Of a stretch of DNA of 35,535 bases, positions 1 through 14,132 are shown piece after piece (within the stretch, counting starts at the first letter, position 1; every line of letters starts with the position of its first letter). Where the stretch lies: the NCBI GenBank assembly GCA_003990765.1, contig RBNJ01000249.1, forward strand, positions 1 to 35,535, written 5' to 3'. The stretch is from Jimgerdemannia flammicorona (taxonomy: Eukaryota). The translations under genes and the position numbers were made by a program. A model generated the notes under the pieces. That model ran no database searches. It was given only the letters and a program-made list of their open reading frames with translations, and was not told the DNA's origin.

Positions 1-1738
1 AAAAAAAAAAAAAAAAAAAAAAAAGAGAACTTTGGCTAAAAAAAAAGATGCAAAAAGGATAATTGCTGTGCTGTTCAAATTTTATCTCTATAAGAAGACT
101 TCAAAGTACAAAAACCACTTCTTTAAAAAATAATTAAAGAAATAGATCATAAATATATTTTCTATTCTAAGTTTTACTGTAAATTAAACTATATTGAATA
201 TTTTTAGAGTTCTGCAATAATATTAATTAATATATATTAAAAAAAGTATATACTAATATAATAAATAATATTTTTTAGCAACTCTATCTATAGTCTAAAT
301 TTTGTTTATTATAAATTTTAATAATTATAAGTAAAAGGTACTATAAATATTATTTGTAAGAATAAGTTTAAAAATGTAAGGTGAGGCAATCTTAGCGATT
401 ACGAAAAATGACATGCGCAGGGTACTATAATCCGAATGATGAATTCCCTGAGATGGTCAACTTGCTTTATCTCTAAAGTAGCAAAGAGGAGTTTGAAATT
501 CAATCTGAATTTCATGAACCAACGGGCAAGGCCGGAACTGTACAGTCATTCTCTGACTTGATAGCTTCATTGGGTTAGTTTTCAAGATACTCTTTTTTTT
601 TTTTCGAATGTTGATAAGATGTTATGATTATGTGCGCTTCCTTATATTAGCGATTTGCCTCCACGTTTTGGCGACAGCGAAAAGGCCTCAGACTCGGCAA
701 GTATGTCCCGAGGCCAATGTAGTGATTGTACCCCCTCGTGTAAAGTCAGCGGACCTTATCACAGTACCAATTCGACGGGTTCTGTTCCGTGTCTACGTAC
801 CACCCGTCATATCTTTGTGGTCTTTGCTTCAACATTGGCTTCAAGCATGCCCACGGCCCTGTGCAGCGCCGGCTTATGCTATTTCGACACCCGCACGATA
901 ATTTTTTACGAGCTCTATCAGTGCCTCGATCTCTCTCTGTAAACTTAAACACGATGAAAATTCTCGCAACGCTTACATTACCTTTTAAAATATAGATGCG
1001 GTATTAGGAGGAAAAAAAAAGAAAAAAAAAAATGCGATCAAGAATCTTACTAATATGGCAGTCTAACTTATCCTTTTGTCGTATCAAGTATCTTTTTTAT
1101 CAATTAGTGCCAGTAAATAAATAAATAATAGAAATATATATCTTGTCAGTAATATATATATATCATTTTAAAAGCTTATTTTTAACAATGTAACATATAT
1201 TTAGAACTAATATAATTAAAAGTCTATTACTTTTCTTTATTATATATTATTGAAAAATCTATTTTAAAATATAAGAAATAATAAAAAAATGAATACATTT
1301 AAAAAGATAGAAATATATAGTTTGATAATTTAAAGTTAGTAGACATGATATAAATATCTAACTAGAGAGAGAAATGACGAAGGTCATGGATCATCTGGCA
1401 TCTGGCGTAAAGAGTGAAAATATCAGGTGGAGCAGTAAATTCAGCGAGTAACGCGTGTATGTGCACACGTGCAGGGTGGTCGAACCCTGTGACGGGAGCC
1501 AAAGCCACCGCTCTATTATATTATATTGCTCCGATTGGTAAGATCTGAGACCACACAAGGCGCGAATGACCGTCAGGCGGGATCTCGATGGCGAGTCCCT
1601 CGACATAAGATAAGATACCTCACACGCTCTGTGCCATCGTTGTTTTCCCTTCTTCCCCCCTCCCCTCCCTTCTTCCCCCCTCCCTTCCTTCCCCCCTCCC
1701 TTCCTTCCCCCCTCCCTCCTCCACATCAGCCTTTCGAA

Positions 1739-3958
1739 ATGAAGGCCCCCATCGTCATTACATTATGTTGCCTGAACATGGTCACCGCAGGAACATTGTA
1801 AGAGCCACATCCCATCGATCGGTTCCCTCTGTCAGAATCCCCCGACCATCTGTGTGTATATGTGTGTTTAACGGCTTACACCGGCATCGTAGATACATGT
1901 TCTCGCTCTATGGCCAGCAGTTCTCAGAGAAACTCCACTACACTCAGACCCAAACGAATTTTGTTGCCGTGGCTGGTATGTTTGTTTTCCCGTACGACTC
2001 TAGTGTTACCACAGCCCCCCCGTTGTTTTGAGACAAGCGGTTTTCATCGACTCCTTTCTTGCGCGTACCGTCCCCATATAAAGGTAATTATGGCATGTAT
2101 CTCAGCGGTCCTGTGTGGGGGTGGGCTGTCGACGTTCTTGGCCCGCAAAAGTAAGTTTTGAAAACGATATCCTCTATTGCTGTGTCAGCCTTGACAGGCC
2201 AAAAACTGATAATGGCAGTTATTCCTTTCCAAATGCAGGGGCTGCCTGCTTGCCGCAATTTTCATGTCCATCGGCTATATTGCAATGGCGCTGACCTACA
2301 ATCAGTCCCTGTTCTCCGACTCTTTCGGCTTCATGTCCATATACTTCGCCGTCGTTGGCATGGGCAGCACGTGCTCGTAAGTGTCAACTGTACCCATAGG
2401 CTCAATCTATCCCTATCTCTCCTCACCGCAATTGACTTCCCCCCACCAAATTGCTCTTCCTCTCCAGCTACATGTCCACAATATCAACCCTCGCCAAAAC
2501 TTTCACCAACAACAGCCGCGGTGTCGCGTTTGGTGTCCCGATCGCCATATACGGCCTCTCGGCCTTTATCTGGACAACTGTAGGCCATTTCTTCTTCGTA
2601 TCCGCCTCAGGCACGCTGAACATCTACCCGTTTCTGCTCTTCTTGGCTGTGGCTACCAGCGCCATCAACCTCAACTCGGCCATCGCGTTCGGCAACCTCA
2701 CCTTCTCCGCTGAAGATCAAAAGGGGAAGGCACCCGAGCCCGACGCCGTCGTCGTCGTCGCTCAGGCTCCCTCCGTGTCCCGCGCCAAACCGCAGACCTC
2801 AAGAGCGTCTACGCCAACCGAGAGTACTCCGCTCGTCATCGAGGATGAAATTTATGTGCAAGAGGATCTGGTCGTAGCACAGATCTATGGAGATCCCGAT
2901 ATGTCTGGTTTTGCTTTCCTCAAGCATTCGGAGGTCATGGCGTTCATTCTGTCGTTCATTTTCTTTAGCGGGCCTGGTATGTAATTCTTGATCCACATGC
3001 TTTTCGTGTGTTGTTCTTCTCTGGAACACCGGGCTGTGCCTATGCTATTCGAAATATATTCATATCTAACAACCCCCTCTTCTTCCACTAGGCCTAATGA
3101 TCATCAACTCTGTCGGCGCGATCATCAGCTCTCTCTATAATATTACCGACGACGCTACCTCCCTCGCGTCGCTGCAGAGTACGCACGTGTCCATCATCTC
3201 AATCATGTCGTGCACGGGCCGTGTGGGCGCCGGCGTCGTCTCCGACTTTCTCAAGCACCGTCACATCTCACGACTCTGGAGCTACCTCGCCTTCGGCGCT
3301 GTCATGTTCGTAGGACAGTGTCTCGGCGCGGTCTTCGTTGATCGTGTGGAGAGGCTGCCCTGGTTGACGGTTTTGGTTGGGTTGGTGAGTATGTGTGGGG
3401 AGAGTGGGGATGATTTTAGCTGGTTGTTAATGGGCATGTTCTCTGATATTTAAATATACGATTTATTATTATTATTATATTTCCAAAGGCTTACGGTGGA
3501 GTGTTTAGTGTCGCACCAACTATCACAGCTGGTAAGAATCCACTTTTTTTTTTTTTTCTTGGTGCACACATTCAACCACTTGTTCCCACGCCATCTCCCT
3601 TTCGCGACACACACATCTCATCAACCTACTCCTTCCACTTCCCCCAGAATTCTGGGGCACGCGTCGCTTTGCCTCAAACTGGGGCTGGGTATCATGGGCC
3701 CCCGCCTTCGGCGGCCTGGTGTGCAATCTGGCCTTCGGCGCCTTCTACGATGAGGAAGGTCGCCGGCAGCGGTCGTCAGGCGGCTTCTCCGGGTGCCATG
3801 GCGCCACATGCTTCCGTAATCCCTTCATATTCACCACCTGCGCCGTCCTCGCCGGCCTCGTTATTACAGTTGCGCTCAGCTTTTCGCGTCGGAGGAGAAA
3901 GGCTGCCATAAAGCGCGAGAGACTCGCAAAGTTGGGCATCTTGGCTGCGGACACGTGA
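1739..3958 (+). CDS. Multi-exon MFS transporter, Mch1/nodulin-like family
   Basis: ATG 1739 (MKAPIVITLCCLNMVTAGTL, GT donor 1798). GT-AG-joined exons give YMFSLYGQQFSEKLHYTQTQTNFVAVA, GNYGMYLSGPVWGWAVDVLGP, SRGVAFGVPIAIYGLSAF, VSIISIMSCTGRVGAGVVSD, FWGTRRFASNWGW and AFYD..C.G..CF. Stop at 3956-3958. The motif pattern is typical of Mch1/nodulin-like MFS proteins. Confidence 0.85.
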
Positions 3959-4046
3959 GCGGGTTTGGGGCGTATTAGGGGTTTTTAACGTAATAATGAT
4001 GTACAGGCATAGGATAGAAGTGGACGGGTTTGAGGCCTCGTGGGCT

Positions 4047-4108
<62 letters not shown>

Positions 4109-4653
4109 ATATAGTGATTTAGGGCATCTGGCGAGGGGCGCATTTGTACCCCGCGCGACGACGTACATTGTCCGATTGGGTTTGGTCAGAATTATTCCCT
4201 GGGTTGTGGTATCATTTATCCATCACACTTTGTTTTGCGCTTCCGTCAGTATCTCTTTTAGTATTATCGTGCGGCGAAATTATTTACAGTTTTGATGCCT
4301 GATCCGTCGGCATGATCTCGTACCACCCACTGGAACGGCGGGGTGGCAGTAGAGGAACGCGATTCGGTTTCAGAAAAATGGTTTTCTATGAAAAAGTGGG
4401 TTCTTGCATCGTCAATGGCATGATTATCTCGATATCTGGAACAGACAGCTGTCTAGCTGTCCTTTGGCAGTCCAAGTATCAATTGTATTTTGCTGATTAA
4501 TTGGTCAACGTTCTGATAACATTCCAAAATTTGTGTATACGCCCTAATGTAGTAGGCATTCATGAATCCCCCCCTCCTCAAAAAATAAAAAATAAAAATA
4601 AATAAAAATAAATAAAAAAATCGCACATCTCGACTAAAACCTGCTTTCCCTCC

Positions 4654-6646
4654 CTAATCCCGATACTTGTTCATAAATTCGCGATGGAACTCCTCCAGCG
4701 CAGCGCAGAACCCATCGAACAGCCCCTCAGGTGGCAAGAACGTGCTCCTGAAATGCCAAGTCCCCTCCTCCTGCCCGAACCCGCTTCCAGGCACGACACA
4801 CACCCCCGTCGCATCCAACATCGCCAAACAATACACCTCATCCGGCTGCCTTCCTTGCCTCTTTGCTTCCTCAATAACCTTCCTCGGCAACCTGACACGC
4901 GGAAACAAGTACATAGCGCCCTGCGCATCGTTGCACGTAACGCCCTCCATAGTGTTAAAGCAATCCGCGAGCCGCTTGGCGCGCCTCCGTAGCGACTCGT
5001 AAATCCCGTGGACCTCGGCGTGGTAGACTGGGTACGAAGGCTGGCCCTCCTGCGGCGGGTTGGTCATGAGGTCGACCATGATCTGGCCGTGGACGTTGGG
5101 GCAGAGGGAGACGGAAGCAATCTTGTAGATCTGTTCGAGGACGCGCGGGTCGAGCCCCGTGCACTCGAAATACCCGCCGCGACGGCCGCACTCGCCAACC
5201 ATACCCTTGGAGACGGAGTGGAAGGAAACGAGTTCGAAGTCCGCGTAAGTCGGGCCCATGGACCGCAGCACCTTCTTGAAGCTGTGGAAGGGTCGCTGGG
5301 CGGGCTGGTACACGTTCGTCTGGTACACCTCGTCCGCTAGCAGCACCACACGCTCTCGATGGCAGAAGTCTACAATTTCGTGCATGTTCGCTTCCGAAAG
5401 GCATTGACCCGTCGGGTTGCCTGGGTTGATGATGCAAAGCGCGCGCACGTCTACGCCCTTCGCGCGGGCTTGCCCGATAGAGGAGGCGAGCTTTTTCGGG
5501 TCCAGGCCCCAGTCTTGCGACTCATCGAGCGAGTAGGGGACCGGGGTGGCGTTGAAGAGTGCGATAGTCGCACTGTAGAGCGGGTACTGCGGGATCGGGA
5601 TCATGATGCCCGTGCTGGGTCCCTCGGTGAGGACCTGGAGGATGTTCTGGACGCCCGCAGAGGCTCCCTGCGTGAGGAAGATCTTGGAGGGGTCGGCAGG
5701 GTAGCCGTCGCGGCGTTCAATGAAGCGAGCAACATTCTGACGGATGTGAGGGATGCCTTGCGAATGCGAGTATGCGCCAATGCTGCCAATGTTGTGCAAG
5801 AGGAGCTCTGCGCGCTCGATCGCGTCCGATGGGTAGAGCTTGAGCAGGAGCTCGCGGTTCTCTGGAGAAAGGAGATCTGGGTTGTCGACCAGAGAGGCTA
5901 CTTGACGGAAAAAGGTGATGGGCTTCTGATTGAGCTGTTGAGGGTTGCCGATGTTGCTATTAATGATAGTCTTGAAGGGGAGGGTGTCGCCCTGGGTCAG
6001 TTCCTGGTAGGCCGCGGGGGGGGGGGTGTTGAGCGGAATTGAAAACGGGTGGAGGGAATCAATGAGAATGCGCACATCAATTGTGAAACAGGATGGCCCG
6101 ATTATACTACGTATCCATCGAGTCAACCCTTAATGAAAATTAAAGGGTAATCCATCATCTCTCGACCAATACATCACATGAATCTCACCTGCTTGAGGCT
6201 ATCAGCACGGATAGCCAGCTCGCCACGGACGGCATATTCGACCCGCTTGATATGCGGGTTCATATTTTCATAATTGATGACCTTGGACTGCGCGGTGGCT
6301 GGATGAATTTTTGGGAATTATCGTTTAGTCGGCGGAAAGTTTTGCAAACGGAGCGGGATAATGGGTACAGCGACCTTCCCGGGAATTATAGTACCCATTC
6401 TAGCGAGAAATGAGCGATTGTTTTTCTCTCACCCGACGCCGGAAAAGGGCGCGCACACAATCACCAAACACACAACACGTTGGCGGGCACATTGGGGAGG
6501 AACTCGCGGCACTGACCTTGGTTAACGGAAGACATATTGGCTTGGTGGGTTGTTTTCGTTCGTGTGGCGAGGCGGGGTGCGAAGAGACGAGCAGTGGAAG
6601 GGGTGATACGGAACTTGCTCAGAGCGATTTTAACGTGACCCAGCAT
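4654..6646 (-). CDS. ALT1: Alanine aminotransferase (PLP-dependent, class I/II) with probable mitochondrial presequence
   Basis: The large exon has NIGNPQQ, GAYSHSQG, PIPQYPLYSA, INPGNPTGQ, ADEVYQ, SFHSVSKG.. (PLP lysine) and VPGSGFGQ. A middle exon (~6190-6300) gives MNPHIKRVEYAVRGELAIRA. The 5' exon from ATG 6646 is Arg/Thr-rich (MLGHVKIALSKFRITPSTARLFAPRLATR). Confidence 0.93.
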
Positions 6647-7131
6647 AGCGTGGTTGGGGATAGGTGGATTCACCGAAGTTCAGAACACGCGCTCAAAATT
6701 TTGCCTGTCGCGAGCCGTCACGGAGCGGAACTCGATACGTCATACAATGCTCAGAATGACTCAGTCGCATGACGCATACGGAATCCTGTCGTGCTCACCA
6801 TATACACACATGAACTAACCATGTGCCGCTCTAAGCGTCGTCCGAGAAACTACATCGAACCACATGCTTCCTTTCATCAATTGCGTGAGGTCGTCTGCCA
6901 CATTGGAACATCCAACATCGGAGTCATGCATCATCCAAGGTCAACTGCGACACAGAGAATCGATCTGCAGGGAGAACCAATTTGTCACATCGATGTAATA
7001 GAAGCCTGTTCATCTCCTCACTATCCCCCCCTCGCACCGTAAACCCGTCGAAGACTGCGTGTCTCCCGAGGCGGACAACAAATAACTGCTAGTACCGGGC
7101 CGGATTCGGATACAGGTCGGGTGCGGGTGAC

Positions 7132-7535
7132 GTGCGGCTCAACTGGACCGAGACCGGAGACAAACTCCTGCGTGAGCACGCCCAAATCTGGGTCAGGCAC
7201 CTTCAGCGGTCCTCAAACGTTAGGTTTGGCACATGGTCGCCTGAAGAGAACGAGCGATTGGTGAGCGCCGTACGGGAATGTCGGGGACTAGAGAGCAATG
7301 CCGACAGAGGTATATACATTTACGCATACGAAAGAAAACCGATTATCAAACGAGGCAGGAGCGTTGACTTCCTCCCCCATGTCGTCTTCTCGCTAGGTTT
7401 ATCCATAGGTTGCAGAAAACCCCTCCCCCCTTTCGTGGCCTTTGGCCGTTTCATCTTCATTCTCGGATTGCCGTGTGGCCCATTCCACCACCCTGGTAAC
7501 TGGACTGCCATCGCGGTGAACACACAATGCATGCA
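7132..7535 (+). pseudogene. Remnant of a Myb/SANT-repeat gene
   Basis: Two Myb helix-1-like motifs (NWTETGDKLL, TWSPEENERLVSAV) only ~30 aa apart, where a normal repeat is ~50, plus a later GNWTAIA helix-2-like motif. There is no convincing start, and upstream frames contain stops. Confidence 0.45.
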
Positions 7536-8548
7536 GGTACCAGGTCATGTTACACCCCAGTCTGGACAAGTCCTCCTTTACTGAGGAAGGTATGAATATG
7601 GACATAGCCATAGGGCATGGGGCCTTCCGCGTAGACTGTGTCGCTGGTGGGCCCGTTCCACTCAACTGATCCTAGGGTCTCATACCGTTATTCAATGCTC
7701 GGTCTGGTGTAAAACATGGGAAGTAGACTTTGACGTCGATGGTGATGTGCGTAGAGCGGAGGCATACCTTAATAATGGCTTTTGGTAATGAAAGTAAAAG
7801 ACGATCCCTTGTCTAATAACGTGACTTGGGTGCACGATTCCCGGGAACCAGGTAGCATGATGTCTAGTATACATATCAAAATCTTCAGCAACCTGAAACG
7901 ATTAAATCTATTGCCACCATTATAGTAGACTGTATTCGGCTTCCCGTGTGTGATCATGTAAGAGCCAAGAGGTTGACCTCATGATTTTCTAAATCGGGGA
8001 GGAGATCGATGGCCGATCCATCTCTAGATCTACGTGTTACCCCCCCCTCCGGAATGTGATGGTTTTTTTTTTTTTTTCGGTGGAGAACGCGCTGCCCCGA
8101 GCCACATGAGTGAAGGGAGAGAAAGTTAATATTTGCTGAATTATATATATATATTGGCATGGGGAGATGATATGTAGCTGGGGACTTGTCTTAACGAAAA
8201 GCGGGGCCAATAGTTTGTTTGAGTCCTACAGTCCGCGTGACTAAAGTGTAACTTCAAAATAGTCATGTGCTTGTCAATGATTGGGTAAAATAATACTAAA
8301 AAATAAAAAAATTTATACAGTGATTTCCTTTTTAAGAAGTATGTGACTGGCGCCAAATTTTTTGCTCAACATCTAAGATAGTTTCGTACTTAACGTTTGT
8401 GGGTTACAAACACCCGAGATCGTCTAGACCAAACCCGGGCGGGCGTAGTGTGGAAACGTGACCTGCACTTACGTCAGGTTCTGGTTTTTTTTTCCTTTCT
8501 TCGTCCCGCTCGGCCCTCTCCACCTTCGAGCGTTCCTTCACCAGCTCC

Positions 8549-10091
8549 ATGTCCGACATTGCCAAAACGAAGCTCTCCAACCCGCCTGTCTATGAGCGCG
8601 AGTCCTCCGCCGTCGCCAAAGTCTCCGACCCGACGCCGGGACCGGTTCAGCGCAAGACGCTCGCCGAGCGGCTGGAGGTGCTCAAGACATGGCGGTTCTG
8701 GGAGATCCTGCTGATCGGGCAATTGCTGTCTCTCTGCATCACCGCCACCAATGTCACATCCACCAAGCTCGGTACCAGTTACGGCATCTCCATGCCCACA
8801 ACACAGACCTTCCTCAATTACCTGATTCTGGCTATTGTGTACAATACCATCGCCATCTGGAAGCGTGGGTTCGTCGGTTGGTTGAGGCAGATCTGGAAGA
8901 GGGGGTACATCTGTAAGTACAATGGAGTATTCATGCATCCTCGGTCCTTCAGTGTTCGATCGAATTTCCTGATAAACACGAATCAATTCAAATTGGGCCG
9001 ATGGTTATATCACGCACCCAAATCATTTCTGTTATTAACCCAGATATCATCCTGGCCTTGGTGGACGTGGAGGCCAACTATATGGTGGTCAAGGCGTTCG
9101 GTTACACGTCGATTCTCTCCGCCATGCTACTCGACGCATGGTCGATTCCTGTTGTCATGATCTTATCAATCATCTTCCTCAAGCTCAGGTACCACTGGAG
9201 CCAGTACGTTGGGGCGGCCGTGTGCTTGGCTGGATTGGCCTTGTTGGTCACGAGCGACGTTATCAGGGATAGCTCTACCCTTAGTGGTAAGCCTCTTGTC
9301 GAATGTGGAATGTAGTATGTTGAGGAGAGGAGAAATCTGCAGGAGACGAGACATATCACTATATGACATCCTGTTCTTCCAAACACCCCTCCCCTCTCCT
9401 ATCCCATTCCTCGCACACATATCCCAGCCAGTGATCCAGTCAAAGGCGACCTATTCTGCATCGCCGGAGCGACGCTATACGGCGTATCGAACGTGATGGA
9501 GGAATACTTCGTCCGTCAGCACCCGCTGTACGAGGTGGTAGGGATGATCGGGTTTTTCGGGACGATCATCAACTTTATACAGCTCATGATCCTGGAGAGA
9601 AACGAACTGGAGACCTTTGTGGGCCAGCCGGAGGCCATCGGCATGTTCTTTGTATACACCGTCGCCATGTTCACTCTCTATTCCTTCGGACCCATTCTCT
9701 TCCGAAAGAGCTCCGCCACCTTCTTCAATCTCAGCCTGCTCACAAGCGACTTCTACGGTCTTATCTTCGCTATTATTTTGTTCAACGCTGTCGTGAGTAT
9801 ACGTGCCCCTCTTTTTCATCGTCTTCCTTCACAAGTTAATCTTGCCCGCTATCCTAACCCCAAACTTACTCCATCCCATTTCACGCTTCAAACGAACAGA
9901 TCAACCCACTCTACCCCTTCGCCTACATTTTGGTCGTCATTGGCATCATCGTCTACAACATCTGGCCGGCGCCCGAACCCAAGATCGGCAATTTCGACGC
10001 CGAGGCCGCCGAGCGCGACCGTCTGGGCCTGCAGGGCCGCAGGACCCAGCTCGCCAATACCGAGGAGTCCATACCCCAGGATCCGAAGTGA
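8549..10091 (+). CDS. SLC35F1/F2-like (DMT superfamily) transporter, multi-exon
   Basis: LIGQLLSLCITATN, MPTTQTFLNY, LALVDVEANYMVVKAFGYTSILSAMLLDAWSIP, RYHWSQY.G, GDLFCIAGATLYGVSNVMEE, SSATFFNLSLLTSDFYGL. GT-AG introns; stop at 10089-10091. Confidence 0.9.
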
Positions 10092-10921
10092 GCCGCACCG
10101 GGTTTGCACCGTTCGATGGACGCTCGTGGAAGCTCCTAAACGCATGAGAAAACCGAGAAAAAAAAAAAAAAACTTTAATAACTTCCCATTCGCCCATTTA
10201 CTCGCGCGATGGTTCCCTTTCGGTCGCCGAACGCTCCATGAATTCTAGCCCATCCTCGTATATTACTCGTATTCCCCCCTTCTCCCTTCCCGGTGCGCAA
10301 TACCCTCATAAATTACAATTTCAGTGCTGCATCGACATTGGACTCCGCGGACGTTGCCAATGATGTAATACAAAACGTCCGGCTTCGCCATTTTTTACTG
10401 TATTTTTTTACTTCCTGCTATTCTCTCGTATGTCATAGCATGCACGACGTTTGACTCCTGGACGTTGCCAACAGTACGACACAAAATGTAGTCTTTTCAG
10501 CCGTTCATGGATTAATATATAACAGCTAAGGATATGGCTTGTGTGGGTCGGTTAGGTCGGGTTGTTCTCTTTGACAATCTTTAGTGATGTAGATTGGTAA
10601 ACGAAAAGTTATCACGGCGCTTTTTGAGCAAACAATAACGATAAGTTGAAGCAGCGAAGTTTTGACATTCTCATGCCTTGTGGGCAAATATCGTTGTAGT
10701 TTTTTCCACCGAAGTCTCGCTTTGACGTGGAGGAGCTAATATGAGGTTCTAAAAATTACACCTTATATACTCGATTGTCCAATCCTTTACGACTCGCAAG
10801 ACAAACTAATGTACATCATGCACGCGTAAAATTTAAGGCACCCTGACAGGCACCCTATATCCTATATATATCATTTTCCATCACGCACCATCCTTTCGTC
10901 TCTACGCACGCACCCGAAACT

Positions 10922-13637
10922 CTACGCAGTGGCGGTGATAAAATGCCAAAATCCACGATGCCCCCTTGCGTAGTCGTATATGCTCATGAGGTTCCTGGTG
11001 ACTTCTTGCAAACCCCAGAGTCCGACGCGCTTGAGCCTGCGGTTACGCTCTTGCTGGTCGGCGGTTAGGTGCACGAACCCACGGCCCACCTGCTCTGAGA
11101 CCCGGTCGATCAGCGTCGAATCGTACGGCGTCCACGAACCGTCGAAGTTGGACTAGTTTTGGGGGATGGTAGGAGTTAGGGATGTGATAGAGAGAAAATC
11201 GCGCATGAGGGATACCGAAATCAGACGAATGAACCAAGAGAACATTATAATCGAATATTCACCATATCCATGACAATCCTACACTTGATAGGCACGATGG
11301 TCTTATTCCGATTGATATATGCCACGACCGGTCTAATCATAGCATTGCTCAAATACCCGAGTTCAGCCGGCTGCAACGGCACAGACGCCTTCGTGTCATT
11401 GAACCTAATATCCAAGTCCATAATAAACTTGGGATCGATCTCGGCCTTGGTCCTCTTTTTTTCCTCTTCCGCCCTCGGTCCCCCAATCACGATTGTTTCC
11501 TCGCCAGAGCCAGAGCCGGTCCCAACGACTACGGGTTGAGACAACTCGATCCGATCCGTAATTTCCGACACGAGGTTCCTCAGCACCTCCTCTGCCGAGT
11601 CCGACGGGCCAGCGGGGATGTATACGTCTGCGCAGATATCAATGGTCGCCGACGTGATCCAGCCGAACGGGCCCTGAACGCCGCGGTTCAGGTGGTCTAT
11701 TTTCACGCCGTCGACTTGCAGCCGCGACTTGCGTCGGTAGCCCTCGAGGATTAGGGCCTCCTCTGTCATCCCGTCGTACTCGGACGTCGCGTCACCGACC
11801 ACCACTTCCTGTTTCGAGGTGACGTGCCCGACGACGGAAAAGGGGGGGGCCATGACGCTGCGTTCGACCTGTGGTGTGTGGACGGAGAAGAGGCACTGGT
11901 CGAAGGAGCCGACGACAGAGTTGGCACAGAGGAGGTCATACATGAGCCACTGCTTGCGGAAAGTAGAGAAGTCGGCGTTGAAGACCGACATGGCGTAGGG
12001 CCGGAAGTTGTTCGGCTGGTAGATTGTGATCAGTATGTCCTCAAGGTGGAAGGTCTCGAGCTCGAAGTCGCCTGGATGGTACGTCTGTCGCGCCGCGACC
12101 GGGTCCCATTTGATCGAGGGATCCCACTTGACGTGGCGGCGATCTGGGTGAGGTGGAAGAGAGCGAGTGCGATGTGTCGAAGGTAGATAAGTTGTTGTAA
12201 GTGCAAATCAAAGGCATGTCACAAATAAATCAACAGGCGAACAGAAATAAACATAAAGAGGGGACAAAAAAAAGAGAAACATACCAATCGTTCCTCTAAC
12301 GCCCTTAACCTCGCAATCCTTAACCAATCCCTTTCCATCTAACCACCGTATAAAGCTCAATGTGACATCAACGCTCTCAACCGTCAAATCAAACCACATA
12401 TTCTTCCTCAGAATCTCATCATCCGCCGCATCCTTCCCCACCCCAAGCTCCACCTCCTCGATCTCTACCTCCGACCCTTCTGCCATGACGAACCCTCCCG
12501 GGCCGGCATAAAGCTCCCTGTTCTCAATGACCCTCTTCGCGTCCTGGATACGGTCGTTGGTAGTATACATGTCGGCAACGCGCGACTTGCCGGACTCGCG
12601 CTCTAGCCGCCGGCGCTGCCGCTCCGAGCGAGGCATCCGCGAGACCGACACGTTCTGAAACGAAATCTTGCCCTCCTTCCAGTTGGGTACGATGGCGGAG
12701 TCAAAAACGATCGTTAGACCCGAGGCGGAGGTTAGGTACTTGCTGATCCGGTAGGCAATCCATTCTAAGTGGGGTTGAATCCGGGAAGAGAGAGGGGTGG
12801 ATTAGGAGATTGTGGCGCAGCTACACCTCACACCCCACTCCGCATCACCTCGCATCCAACCTGTTTCCACATCGACTAGAAATCATTCAACCCACCTTGA
12901 AACTGTAACGTATTCGCCGCGACGAGTACCAAACTCACAAAGCTCGTGGTGCTCGCCAGCAACCACACGGTTTGACCGACAAATATCCACGAGAACATGG
13001 CTGTGACGTCGTTGAGCGTCCACGGTCGGATTTGACGCATGAGAGCCAGTTTGACACGTAACCAGATGCGGTGCAGTGTGCCGTTGGCCTGGGCGAGGAG
13101 CTCGGCGCGTGTGGAGAGGTGGTGCGAGCCCTGATAGCCGCGCCTGACAAGGAGGAGAGGGAAGGAGCGCGTTGAGGAAGGAGGGAAGGACGGGGAGGGG
13201 TGACAGAGGGCGAGTGGATGGCGGGATGAACTGGAGAATGTCCGGTGGGACGGTGACGGGGAGTTGGAGGTTTTGTGGAGGTAGGTGAAGCCGCGGTGTT
13301 TTTGCTGCTGTTTCTGTAGTTCTAATACCAGGCGTCGCCGCTCAACGGACATGAGCCGTTTGGCCTGCTCATCGATGATCTGTAGAAGTTCCCGCTTCAC
13401 CTGGGAGATGCGGCTGGCGACCGTTGGCGACGCAGACGCGTTTACGAGCTCCGGGAGGAAGACAGTGGCAGAGCATGCGGTGTCGCGGGCGACCTCGTTA
13501 CGGCACCGGCAGGTGGCGGTGGAGGCGAGCACGCTGGGGGCGAGGCCTCGGGTGAGTAGGTATCTGCGCGATGATGTATTACGTATGCGTAGTTGGCGGC
13601 AGAAGAAGTGTGTGGAGCGTAATGCGGTTGATAACAT
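10922..13637 (-). CDS. MDM31: Mitochondrial distribution and morphology protein 31 (inner membrane), multi-exon
   Basis: RVKLALMRQIRPWTLNDVTAMFSWIFVGQTVWLLASTTSFVSL, VFDSAIVPNWKEGKISFQNVSV, FDLTVESVDVTLSFIRWLDGKGLVKD, RKQWLMYDLL, DGVKIDHLNRGVQGPFGWI, NFDGSWTPYDS. Basic N-terminal presequence from ATG 13637; stop at 10922-10924. Confidence 0.9.
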
Positions 13638-14132
13638 GATGGGGATGATGTTGCCGAGAAGGACATGAAGAATTTGATAAGAAGAGGAGAGAACGAGTCG
13701 GTAAAAAAAAAAAAAAAAAAAAAAAAGGAAAGAGAAGTGCGAGGACCCGATGAGATGAGCCAAACAACAAATTTCACCCAACGACAGTCACGACAAACAG
13801 GGCCCACTGAAAATCAAGTTAGAACAGCCCATTTGCTTTCGGTCTCTATCAGCATATGCTGATAAAAATAAAAGACATTCGACACGTGGCAACGTGAATG
13901 GAAGGATAAAAGTATCATGTTTTACGGGGTCAACGGTTCGTAAATTCCATGACATGCTACACATATTTGGAACTAGAAATCGAACATGTTATAGCCGCTC
14001 TTGTTCCGTGCTTTATGATTTCATTAGAAATCTATTTGGGATGTGTAAATATAGGAGTCCTCAAAACCAAAGGGCGCTCTGCCAGGATACAATACGGTGT
14101 GTGCTATCGGGACCCCATTTTCCCACCCACTC

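Noticed and set aside
430..515. Possible box C/D snoRNA (ATGATGA...CTGA)
   Set aside because: No recognisable rRNA-complementary guide or terminal stem; such short motifs occur by chance.
608..995. Short overlapping ORFs in a GC-balanced island within AT-rich DNA
   Set aside because: No motif, splice logic or termini that I can support.
3776..4168. Poly-lysine ORF
   Set aside because: Translation of the 60-nt T tract and antisense of the MFS gene.
4667..6042. Antisense and alternative-frame ORFs over ALT (likewise over the CoA-transferase and MDM31)
   Set aside because: Shadow ORFs caused by high GC3 codon usage.
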